From the NCBI GenBank assembly GCA_965238265.1, contig OZ250185.1, forward strand, positions 2,973,255 to 3,037,254: a DNA stretch of 64,000 nt, in the 5' to 3' direction. Both the position numbers and the translations under genes were made by a program. Source of the stretch: Chloroflexota bacterium. GTDB taxonomy: Bacteria > Chloroflexota > UBA11872 > UBA12225 > JAJDUF01. Under the pieces are notes generated by a model that did not search any database, was not told the origin of the DNA, and was given only the letters and a program-made list of their open reading frames with translations. Positions 38,108 to 46,476 of this stretch are shown piece by piece. Within the stretch, counting starts at the first letter, position 1. Every line of letters begins with the position of its first letter.

Positions 38108-38315
38108 CCGGTGGTCAGTGGCTTGTGGCTAGGCGCTGCTGCCACTTCCCCGTCATTCCCGTGCCACTTCCGGGTCATTCCCGCTTGCGCGGGAATCGAG
38201 AGCAGGTGCGCCGTCTGCGGCTCCAGGCACCTGTCCGGCTTCCGCCGGAATGACGGGAAGCCGCTGATGGCTGACGGCTGATAGCTGATAGCTGATAGCT
38301 GATAAGGAGACAACC

Positions 38316-38531
38316 ATGCCGGGTGAGACCTGGTATTTCGGCCTAACCCGAGAAGGGGGCTACTACCACATCGTGGCCGCGAGCACGAGCCAAGCCAAAG
38401 TGCTGCGCGCGCTGAACTCCTTCTCCGGCCCGACGGCGGTGGCTACGCACGATGAGTTAGGCGCGGTCGGCATCAGCGAGCGCGAGGTCGCCCAGTGGCT
38501 TCCCCCGGCAGAGGACGACGGCGACCGCTAA
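38316..38531 (+). CDS. Small hypothetical protein (71 aa) preceded by a GCTGATA heptamer tandem array
   Basis: Clear RBS (aaggag) 7 nt upstream. No recognisable domain. Confidence 0.35.
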   Translation: MPGETWYFGLTREGGYYHIVAASTSQAKVLRALNSFSGPTAVATHDELGAVGISEREVAQWLPPAEDDGDR

Positions 38532-38590
38532 GGAGCCGGCCGCATTGCGGTCCTGCCGCGTCGCGCTCGCCCGTGCCCCACCGACCGCCG

Positions 38591-39589
38591 CTAATCGTTG
38601 GCGTTGACCGCTTGGATCAGCGCACGGGTATACCCCAGGCAGAACGAATGCTGGCGCTCGCCGTCGGGGTCTACCGTTGACTGCGGCACGTGATCGGGGC
38701 AGAGCATCCCCTCGTAGCCTACTGCCTTGTACACCTGCAAGGCCTGGTACATGTCCACGTCGCCATTGTCCGGGTAGACTTCCTCGAAGTTCAGGAAACC
38801 GCCCCGAATGTTGCGGAAATGCACCATGAAGATCTTCTGCTCAGAGCCGAAATGGCGAATCGCTTCCAGGACCTCGGTCGCCGGGTCCCGGCACATCTCG
38901 GCCACGGTGCCCTGGCAGAAGTTCAGCCCGTGGTACGTGCTCGGCGCGATCTTCAGGAAGCGCTTGAGGCCGTCAATACTCCCCAAGACACGATGCACGC
39001 CGCGCAACCCCGTGTCGTGCGGCACGGCCGGGTCGTGCGGGTGACAGGCCATCCGCACGCCATACTCCTCGGCCACGGGGATGACCCGCTCCAGGAAGTA
39101 GGTCATACACTCCCACATCCGCTCGGCCGGCATGGCGCCGGCTTCGGTGAGGGAGTGATCGGTCCATTCGGCGATGTCGAAATGGCTGTAGGTGACGCCA
39201 CCACGGCCGGGCGTCCGGCGGGTGCGCGGGACGCCGAGGAGACTGAGATTGTATTTCAGGGCCGGAATGCCGGCCTCGCCCGCAGCCCGAATATTCTGCT
39301 TGATGACCTCGATTTCGGCATCGCGGCTCGGTAACCCGCGCATGATGCCCGGAAAGCGTTGCTGGGTCACGTAAGCGGACTGCATGTTCAGCGCGAGCAC
39401 GTCGAACGCGATACCGAACGAGGCCAGGTAGGCTTTCGTCCGCTTGAGCGCCGCCACGTCCCACGTGCCGTCCTCCTGCTCGATGCCCCTGATGGTCGGC
39501 GTCGCCACCGCGACGTGCTCCACACCCAACTGCGCCGCCCACGTCAGCTTCCGCTCCGAGAGGTCTCCCAGCTGCTCGCCAATGTACAT
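38591..39589 (-). CDS. uxuA: D-mannonate dehydratase (UxuA-type, xylose-isomerase-like TIM barrel)
   Basis: Length and conserved blocks (IRGIEQEDGTW..., HPHDPAVP, FMVHFRNI, YEGMLCPDHVP) match UxuA. Confidence 0.75.
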   Translation of the reverse strand: MYIGEQLGDLSERKLTWAAQLGVEHVAVATPTIRGIEQEDGTWDVAALKRTKAYLASFGIAFDVLALNMQSAYVTQQRFPGIMRGLPSRDAEIEVIKQNIRAAGEAGIPALKYNLSLLGVPRTRRTPGRGGVTYSHFDIAEWTDHSLTEAGAMPAERMWECMTYFLERVIPVAEEYGVRMACHPHDPAVPHDTGLRGVHRVLGSIDGLKRFLKIAPSTYHGLNFCQGTVAEMCRDPATEVLEAIRHFGSEQKIFMVHFRNIRGGFLNFEEVYPDNGDVDMYQALQVYKAVGYEGMLCPDHVPQSTVDPDGERQHSFCLGYTRALIQAVNAND

Positions 39590-39637
39590 CGTGCTCCTCC
39601 CACGCGATCAGCACCAATGGTACCAAGATGGAGGACG

Positions 39638-39898
39638 CTAGTGACGTTGCGCCACCGCCGCCTTCGGCGCGAGCTGCTCGATAGGCACGCTATCGGCCAG
39701 CACCGCATCACCAATCCGTTCGCGGGCATCAAGAACCTCCAGCCCGATAATCCGACCCTGAGCATTGAGATCGGCGACGACCCCCGTCTCCTCGATCTCT
39801 ACCGTCTGCCCTCTCCACTCCACTTCACGGAGCCAGAGATAGAGCGCGTCGGCCTCTGCATCATGGGTGATTCGCATAGACCTGCTCCTGGCACTCAC
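39638..39898 (-). CDS. DUF2283 family small protein
   Basis: MRITHDAEADALYLWL...IIGLEVLDA matches the DUF2283 (YD-repeat-unrelated small beta-strand) family. Confidence 0.6.
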   Translation of the reverse strand: MSARSRSMRITHDAEADALYLWLREVEWRGQTVEIEETGVVADLNAQGRIIGLEVLDARERIGDAVLADSVPIEQLAPKAAVAQRH

Positions 39899-40093
39899 TC
39901 CAGCCCCTCAGGTGAGAGATGGTATCACCCCACACTCCACCCCACACTCGACGCCGCACTCCCCCTCTCTATCACCTGGCGATGGAGAGGAGGCCGAGGG
40001 TGAGGCCCTGACCACTGACCACCCAGGAATGCTAGACTGGTGCGCGTCTCGGCAGCGGACACGCGCCACGCCGAGCATTGAGGAGGCACCGTC

Positions 40094-41143
40094 ATGGCCA
40101 TGAAGATCGGCCTGGGGCTGAATCCCCAGATTCTCACCACCGACAACTTCCGCTTTGCCCGGCAGTTGGGCGTTACCCACATCGTCGCGCACTTGTCCAA
40201 CTGGTCGCCGGTAGCCCAGCGGCCGACCGGCCCCGACGGTCAACCGGCCCTCTGGAGCTATGAAGAGCTACGCGACCTCCGTGCCGCGATCAACGCCGAG
40301 GGCTTGGAACTATGCGCCATCGAGAACTTCGAGCCAGGCCACTGGTCCGATGTGCTGCTTGACGGTCCCCGCCGCGATAGGCAGATCGAGGGGCTGAAGA
40401 CCATCATCCGCAACATGGGCCGCGCCGGCATCCCCGTCATGGGCTACAACTTCAGCCTCGCGGGCGTCTGGGGACGCACGCAAGGGGGCTTTGCGCGCGG
40501 CGGCGCCGAGTCGACGGGATATATCGCAGCCGAGGCCCCGCCCCAAGACCCCATTCCCCACGGCACGGTCTGGAACACCGTCTACGACCCCGCCGCCCCA
40601 TCGGGCGACATCGGCACCGTCACCGCCGACCAGCTGTGGAGCCGGCTGGAGTATTTCCTGACGGCGCTGGTCCCCGTGGCGGAAGAGGCCGGCGTGCGGC
40701 TGGCGGCCCATCCCGACGACCCACCACTACCCACGCTCCGTCAGACGGCCCGCCTGGTCTACAAGCCCGAGCTGTACCAGCGCCTCCTCGACATCGCACC
40801 TAGCCACTGCAACGCCCTGGAGTTCTGCCAAGGCACGATCTCGGAGATGGATGGCGAGATGGACGTGTACGAGGCGATTGATCGCTACGCCGGCCAACAG
40901 AAGATCGCCTACGTCCACTTCCGCAACGTGCGCGGAAAGGTGCCCAACTACCGCGAGGTGTTCATTGACGAGGGCGACGTGGACATGATCCGCGCGCTCC
41001 GGCTCTACCACCGGCACAACTACGATGGCGTGCTCGTCCCCGACCACACGCCGCGCGTCTCCTGCGATGCCCCCTGGCACGCGGGCATGGCCTATGCGTT
41101 GGGCTACATGCGCGCCGCTGTCACCATGATCGAGCGAGAGTAG
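40094..41143 (+). CDS. uxuA: D-mannonate dehydratase paralog (UxuA-type)
   Basis: Collinear with the 38591..39589 product (AHPDDPPLP, YVHFRNV, YDGVLVPDHTP). Second copy. Confidence 0.75.
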   Translation: MAMKIGLGLNPQILTTDNFRFARQLGVTHIVAHLSNWSPVAQRPTGPDGQPALWSYEELRDLRAAINAEGLELCAIENFEPGHWSDVLLDGPRRDRQIEGLKTIIRNMGRAGIPVMGYNFSLAGVWGRTQGGFARGGAESTGYIAAEAPPQDPIPHGTVWNTVYDPAAPSGDIGTVTADQLWSRLEYFLTALVPVAEEAGVRLAAHPDDPPLPTLRQTARLVYKPELYQRLLDIAPSHCNALEFCQGTISEMDGEMDVYEAIDRYAGQQKIAYVHFRNVRGKVPNYREVFIDEGDVDMIRALRLYHRHNYDGVLVPDHTPRVSCDAPWHAGMAYALGYMRAAVTMIERE

Positions 41144-41161
41144 CCGCGCCGGCCCGTGTCT

Positions 41162-43336
41162 TTAATGCATCGCGGGAAGGAGCTTGAGCGAGACGACGCG
41201 TGATTCCGATAACGGGACCGTTGTCCGGGCGCTGCCCATACCGTCCACGCGGAGAGACACGTGCTGTGAATGACTCGGAGCGTCACCAGCAACCAGGATA
41301 GCGCTGCGACCGGCGGGAAGACCGTTGAAACGCAGTTCGACTTCGGTCGCCGAGCCGCCCGGCACGAGCCGGAGTCTCGCCACCAGAGCAGGCTGGTCTT
41401 CGGCACCAAGTCTCGCGCCATCGGCCGGCTCGTTCCAGACCAGTAGAGTTACAGCAACTTCCCCATTGTCCGGTCGCGCCATTATGTGCTCTCGGTCGGC
41501 TATGCGGCTGCCCAACGGGATACGTTCGTATCTGAAGCCGCCGCTTGAATTCCAGATAACGGCGCCGTTGGCATAGTAACCGGCCTCATGGAGTCGTGGC
41601 TGTATGGCGTTCTGATTCCACACATTCCCGTTGTAGGGCACACTGCTCGCCTCGCTCGCAGCGAGGTCGTTAAAGGCCACCACGAACCACCAACCAGGCC
41701 GCGACGTGCCGCGTGCCGAAGCGACGATACAGGCCCCAGAGGTGCAGAGCAGCTTGGCCGAGATTGGCCCACTCCAGGCCCCCGGTTCGGACGGTGGCGC
41801 GAGCGTGATAGTATCGAGGGCGTGGCCGGTCGCCGCGTCCAGGATCGTGAGCCGAGGGGGGAGCGCAGGGAGCGCGCCGGCGGGATCGTACGAGCGGACA
41901 AACAGGTAGCCGCCCACCAGGAAGGGAGCAAATGACTGGTGCCGTCCCGACTGTTGCCAACGCCACACCTCACGGCCATCAGCAATGTCAAGCGCAATCA
42001 CGGCGCCGGCGTCGGGCCCAGGCGGCAAAGACCAAGTGCCATTGTCGCCGATGTAGACGAGGCCCTGAGCCTCACTCACGGCCGGACCTTGATGTACAAG
42101 GCCATAGCGGGCTGCGCCGGGTCGTGTGCGTAGGACCGGCCGTGACCAGACTACGCCACAGTCCGATGCAATGCGTGAGACGATGCCATCGTTGCCGGCA
42201 ACGATCACGGAGTATCGGTCCGGGTCATCTGCACTGGACGGCACAGCGACGGGGGTACCATACCCATGTCGTCCATGCCCCACAGGGGCTGTACAAACAA
42301 CGGATTCATCTGCAGCAGGATCAAGCCGTGCTGTGAGCACATCCTCGGATTCTGCACTGCGGAATGATGTCCACCATGTGCCGTCCGGCGCCTGGCTCGG
42401 GATCACAAAGTCGGGGGCAGCTAGGGGAAATGGTCCCACCAGCGAACAGTCGTCACTATCAATGCGGAACAGGCCGCTTTCGGTGCGGTACCATGCGACC
42501 TGTGAAGAGCGCAGATCCCAGCCGGAAAAGCCCTCTACATTCGCCGAGCCAGGGATGTCCACGCTACAGACGTGGTGCAACGCCGGTAACTCACTTACTG
42601 TAATTGTCGTAGTCTGATCGGCAGCATGGGCAGAGAGCAGCCGCTGGCCATCAGCGCCAGCGAGCGGCGCACTGTTGCTTGCGCCAGCCCTAGGGAAGGT
42701 ATATGACCGAGCATTCGCACCATCGCGCAGCCGCCATGAGACCAGCGGCGCGGGCGCCGATGCTTCGGCCGCGTAGACGATACCGTTATGGACGATGAGG
42801 CTTTCAGGCTGGCCGTCGCTCGCTACGGCGTAGAGTAGTTGTAGCCAACCGCGCTCTGAACGCACCGGCGCCTCAGGCCATGCCAGATCTACCTGCCGCG
42901 GCCTGATCAGCGGTTGCCCCGGTACAGCCGGAGGAAGGATGTCGTCGTTCACCGGCTCCCAAGCGAACCACTCTGTGTTCAAGCGGCGTTGCAGTCCAAA
43001 TGGCCCCAGCGACCAGGTATGGTGACCATCGGTGAAAGCAGCGATATTCGTGTCCTTCTGCCACACCAGCAGTCCCCTTGTGGTGTGCTGCACCGTGTCA
43101 CCGGTTTCCGGATTGTGATGCTCCTGCTCAACGCAGGCCCCGATGATGTCGGGGATGAGACCGTGGAGCGTCTTGAAGCCAAAGCGAAACTCACACGCCG
43201 AAGCAGACGGCACGGAGGACGCCTGGATGGTGGGAGGCGAAACGAGCGCAATGACCAGCAGAGCTACGATGAATACAGCGGGAAGCAACCGGCTCAAGCC
43301 AGTGTGTCCCAACAGCACATCCTTGCGTCCGTACAT
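41162..43336 (-). CDS. Secreted PQQ-like/BamB-type beta-propeller repeat protein (hypothetical)
   Basis: N-terminal signal/TM anchor followed by multiple W/G-rich propeller blades. No catalytic motif recognised. Confidence 0.55.
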   Translation of the reverse strand: MYGRKDVLLGHTGLSRLLPAVFIVALLVIALVSPPTIQASSVPSASACEFRFGFKTLHGLIPDIIGACVEQEHHNPETGDTVQHTTRGLLVWQKDTNIAAFTDGHHTWSLGPFGLQRRLNTEWFAWEPVNDDILPPAVPGQPLIRPRQVDLAWPEAPVRSERGWLQLLYAVASDGQPESLIVHNGIVYAAEASAPAPLVSWRLRDGANARSYTFPRAGASNSAPLAGADGQRLLSAHAADQTTTITVSELPALHHVCSVDIPGSANVEGFSGWDLRSSQVAWYRTESGLFRIDSDDCSLVGPFPLAAPDFVIPSQAPDGTWWTSFRSAESEDVLTARLDPAADESVVCTAPVGHGRHGYGTPVAVPSSADDPDRYSVIVAGNDGIVSRIASDCGVVWSRPVLRTRPGAARYGLVHQGPAVSEAQGLVYIGDNGTWSLPPGPDAGAVIALDIADGREVWRWQQSGRHQSFAPFLVGGYLFVRSYDPAGALPALPPRLTILDAATGHALDTITLAPPSEPGAWSGPISAKLLCTSGACIVASARGTSRPGWWFVVAFNDLAASEASSVPYNGNVWNQNAIQPRLHEAGYYANGAVIWNSSGGFRYERIPLGSRIADREHIMARPDNGEVAVTLLVWNEPADGARLGAEDQPALVARLRLVPGGSATEVELRFNGLPAGRSAILVAGDAPSHSQHVSLRVDGMGSARTTVPLSESRVVSLKLLPAMH

Positions 43337-43366
43337 GAGAGTCTCCAGCCACGCTCTGTAGCAGTA

Positions 43367-43372
43367 TATAAT
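43367..43372 (+). promoter_or_regulatory. Perfect TATAAT -10 box in the AT-richer divergent intergenic region upstream of the tandem-SDR gene
   Basis: gtagcagTATAATcagg lies ~85 nt upstream of ATG 43457. Confidence 0.35.
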
Positions 43373-43456
43373 CAGGCATTCCTCAAGAAGGCTGACCTAC
43401 GCCCATACGGTGATCACCAAGGCGCTGAAAAAGCAGCCAGTATGGAGAGAGGTACG

Positions 43457-45040
43457 ATGCGTATAACGATCACCGGCGGCGCCGGGCAACTGGGACAAGC
43501 GCTCGCCGCCCACTGGCAAGGCACTCACCAGGTTCGCACCGTGGATGCCGTTCCCCTCCCCGCTGGTGCCCCGTCCCAGGACCACCTTGTCGGCGACCTG
43601 CGCGCCTCCGCCTTCGCCCAGCAAGCCATCGCCGACAGCGATGCCCTCGTCCACCTCACGCCTATCGCGCCCGCCGGCCCCGCCACCACGAGCGACCTCG
43701 ACCGGCTCGACGTGGCCACCCGCAGCACCTACCACCTCCTGCTGGCCGCCCCCCAGGCCGGCGTGCAGACGGTCGTGCTTGGGAGCACTCTCGACCTCTT
43801 GGCGGCCTACCCCGGCGCCTGGCGCATCACCGAGCAGTGGGTACCACAGCCGGCCCCCACCCCGGCGCACCTCGCACCCTGCCTGGCCGAGTGCAGTGCG
43901 CGGGAACTGGTCCGCGCCCTGCCCCTGCGAGTGATCTGCTTGCGCCTGGGAGAAGTGGTGGCAGAAGCGGACACCGAGGGTCAGCCGTTCGATGGGCGCT
44001 GGCTGCACGTGGACGATGCCGTGCAGGCCGTCGAGCACGCGGTGGCCTTTACGCCGAGTGAGGAAGAGCCGGCCACCGGCTGGTGGGTGTACCACATTCC
44101 GGCGGCCGGGCCCCGCAGGCGAGTCCCGCTGGAAGCGGCGGCGGATGCCCGGTTGGGCTACGCGCCGCAGCACGACTTCCGCGCCTGGTGGACAACGGAC
44201 TGGCAGCACCCACCAGCGGCCCCACCACTGCCGGCGGTGCCGTCGCGGCCGATCCGCAAGGTGGTGATATTCGGGGCCGGCGGGCCGCTGGCGGCGGCAG
44301 CAGCGCCGCTACTGGCGGAGACACACACGGTACGGCTCACGGACCTGCTCCCATTGGCCGACATCATCGCAGCGAACAAGCCACAATCGCCGGGCGCGCC
44401 GCTGCCAACCCTGCTCGACCCACCGCACGAAGCGCAGGTCGTGGACATCACCGACTACGACCAAGTGCTGGCGGCGTGTGCTGGCATGGACGCCATTGTC
44501 AACTGCACGGTCAATCGCCCGCACCCCGTCGAAGCCTTTCGCGTGAACTGCCTCGGCGCATACAACGTGATGCGGGCGGCGGTAGCGCAGGGCATCCGGC
44601 GCATCGTGCATACCGGCCCGCACCTGACCGGCTCCGGCCACAACGTCGGCTACAACTGGGACTTCGACATCAGCGCCGACGTGCCCCCGCGACCTGGCCA
44701 CTGGCTCTACGCCCACACGAAGTACCTGGGGCACGAGGTAATACGCACGTTTGCCGAGGCTTACGGCCTGGAGGTACCGGCGCTATACTTCGGGGGCTTT
44801 ATGAACCCCACACGCCACCGGCCGCGGTCCGGTGGCGTCGGTGGGCTGACGATCTCCTGGAACGACGCGGCCCTGGCCGTGCGGCGCGGGCTGGAAGCGC
44901 CGTCGCTGCCGCGCCCGTTCGAGGTCTTCAACATGACCACCGACCTGCCCCACGGCAAGTTCCCGAACGAGAAAGCCAAGCGGCTGCTCGGCTGGCAGCC
45001 CCGCGACACCCTAGACCACCTCTGGGGCCTGCGCCCCTAA
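43457..45040 (+). CDS. Tandem fusion of two NAD-dependent epimerase/dehydratase (extended SDR) domains
   Basis: Two Rossmann starts are present: MRITITGGAGQLGQAL at the N-terminus and KVVIFGAGGPLAAAAAPLL at ~residue 270. The second half has the YxxxK-like region (YAHTKYLGHE). ORF 42914..45040 extends upstream across the opposite-strand gene, so the ATG at 43457 is used. Confidence 0.7.
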   Translation: MRITITGGAGQLGQALAAHWQGTHQVRTVDAVPLPAGAPSQDHLVGDLRASAFAQQAIADSDALVHLTPIAPAGPATTSDLDRLDVATRSTYHLLLAAPQAGVQTVVLGSTLDLLAAYPGAWRITEQWVPQPAPTPAHLAPCLAECSARELVRALPLRVICLRLGEVVAEADTEGQPFDGRWLHVDDAVQAVEHAVAFTPSEEEPATGWWVYHIPAAGPRRRVPLEAAADARLGYAPQHDFRAWWTTDWQHPPAAPPLPAVPSRPIRKVVIFGAGGPLAAAAAPLLAETHTVRLTDLLPLADIIAANKPQSPGAPLPTLLDPPHEAQVVDITDYDQVLAACAGMDAIVNCTVNRPHPVEAFRVNCLGAYNVMRAAVAQGIRRIVHTGPHLTGSGHNVGYNWDFDISADVPPRPGHWLYAHTKYLGHEVIRTFAEAYGLEVPALYFGGFMNPTRHRPRSGGVGGLTISWNDAALAVRRGLEAPSLPRPFEVFNMTTDLPHGKFPNEKAKRLLGWQPRDTLDHLWGLRP

Positions 45041-45142
45041 CCCCAGCCCCACAAACCCGAACGACCGCCTCGCTGACCAATTATGTCGCGCCCATAGGCC
45101 ATGCAGATACAAGGTTGCCGAATCAAGGACGCGATTAGACGG

Positions 45143-46444
45143 TCATGCACGCACGGCGACGGTTTCACTTTCGATGTTCCTTTGGTAACGGCACGGTGGC
45201 TCGGACGAGTACCCGGTACATCCCCAGAAGGAACTGAACCTGCCATTCCGCACAAGGAGTACGCCCATGCCGCACGATGGGCAGACAGGTGGGGGACGGT
45301 CGCACGCCAGGTTAGTACATGTGGAAGACTGTCTCACGACCACCGCGTAGCCCGAATTGCAGTTCGGACAACGAGGCGCGAGATACTTACAGTTCGGGTG
45401 ATTGGTGCAACGCAAGTTCTTGCGGCTCTGTGAGAGGATCAAGCGACCATCGGTGCAACGTGGACACTCCAGAGCGAGTTCGCCGAGCTGCCGCAGATTG
45501 TCGGACTCACGGAGCAACTCAACGACAAACTTTGATGGTTGGCCAGAGTCTGTGATGAGGTAGGCGCCGCGCCGCGCGCGCGTCATTGCCACATAGAAGA
45601 GCCGCCGCTCCTCTGCGAACGGGTACGCGACTCCAGAAATCGGAGGCAGCACGAGGTCCAGCAGCGGATCGTCCTCGGTACGAGAAGGGAACCCCCAGCG
45701 GTCATCCTTGAGGTCCAGCACGACCACATAGTCCTCTTCGCGGCCCTTCGCTTGGTGAACGGTACTGAACTCCACTGACGGTGACTTGCTCCACCAGTTC
45801 TCTGGGATACCGTCCCCGCTCTTCCTATAGCGCCCAAGCACGAGAACTGAAGGACTGCCACCTCTGGCCCTTGTACCGATATCCTGAAGCGCGCGCTTCA
45901 CGCCTCTGACGGGACTGTAGGCGACAACGACAGTGATGCCCTCGTCTTCGGCGTCGCTCGCAGATCGCAGCGGCCTCTGCGTTTGCCCCGGATTTCGCTG
46001 TACGAATGCGGTCGATGGGCCGAGGATGCCGTCTTTGTAGCGGAAGGTCAGGCTCAAATTTCGTGTCTGTACATGGCCAAGATGGTCGCCGCAGCTACGC
46101 AGGAGGCCAACGTCGCTCCCCGCGAAGCGGTAGATTGACTGCCAGTCGTCACCTACGAGAAAGTACGCCACATTCTGGCACTTGAGGGCCTGGATCAGCG
46201 CCATACGTCCTGCAGATATGTCCTGGAACTCGTCTACCAGCACATATCGGTACTGCGGTTTCCATCTGCCTTCGCCGATGTAGCGGGTGGCGTGGTTGAT
46301 GAGGTCGTGGAAATCCAGTGCATCCCCGTCCGCAAGCCACTGTTCGTAGCGCATCTGTACCTGTTCACAGACCTTTAGGAAGCCCTCGTTACGCCGACGG
46401 TCACCGCACTCACGGGCACGGGCACGTAACTCGTCGAACGACAA
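45143..46444 (-). CDS. UvrD/Rep-family SF1 helicase, C-terminal half (motifs II-VI) fused to two topoisomerase-type C4 zinc ribbons
   Basis: VLVDEFQDIS (motif II), VGDDWQSIYRFAGS (motif III), VHQAKGREEDYVVV (motif V) and FYVAMTRAR (motif VI) are followed by CPRC...C..C and CPNC...CPSC ribbons. GC is ~55%. Confidence 0.75.
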   Translation of the reverse strand: MSFDELRARARECGDRRRNEGFLKVCEQVQMRYEQWLADGDALDFHDLINHATRYIGEGRWKPQYRYVLVDEFQDISAGRMALIQALKCQNVAYFLVGDDWQSIYRFAGSDVGLLRSCGDHLGHVQTRNLSLTFRYKDGILGPSTAFVQRNPGQTQRPLRSASDAEDEGITVVVAYSPVRGVKRALQDIGTRARGGSPSVLVLGRYRKSGDGIPENWWSKSPSVEFSTVHQAKGREEDYVVVLDLKDDRWGFPSRTEDDPLLDLVLPPISGVAYPFAEERRLFYVAMTRARRGAYLITDSGQPSKFVVELLRESDNLRQLGELALECPRCTDGRLILSQSRKNLRCTNHPNCKYLAPRCPNCNSGYAVVVRQSSTCTNLACDRPPPVCPSCGMGVLLVRNGRFSSFWGCTGYSSEPPCRYQRNIESETVAVRA

Positions 46445-46476
46445 GCCGCTGGTCTTGACCTGGTTCAGGAACGTCG

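Noticed and set aside
42914-43456. 5' extension of the tandem-SDR ORF
   Set aside because: It runs across the start region of the opposite-strand gene and an AT-rich promoter region. The ATG at 43457 with a Rossmann motif directly after is the credible start.
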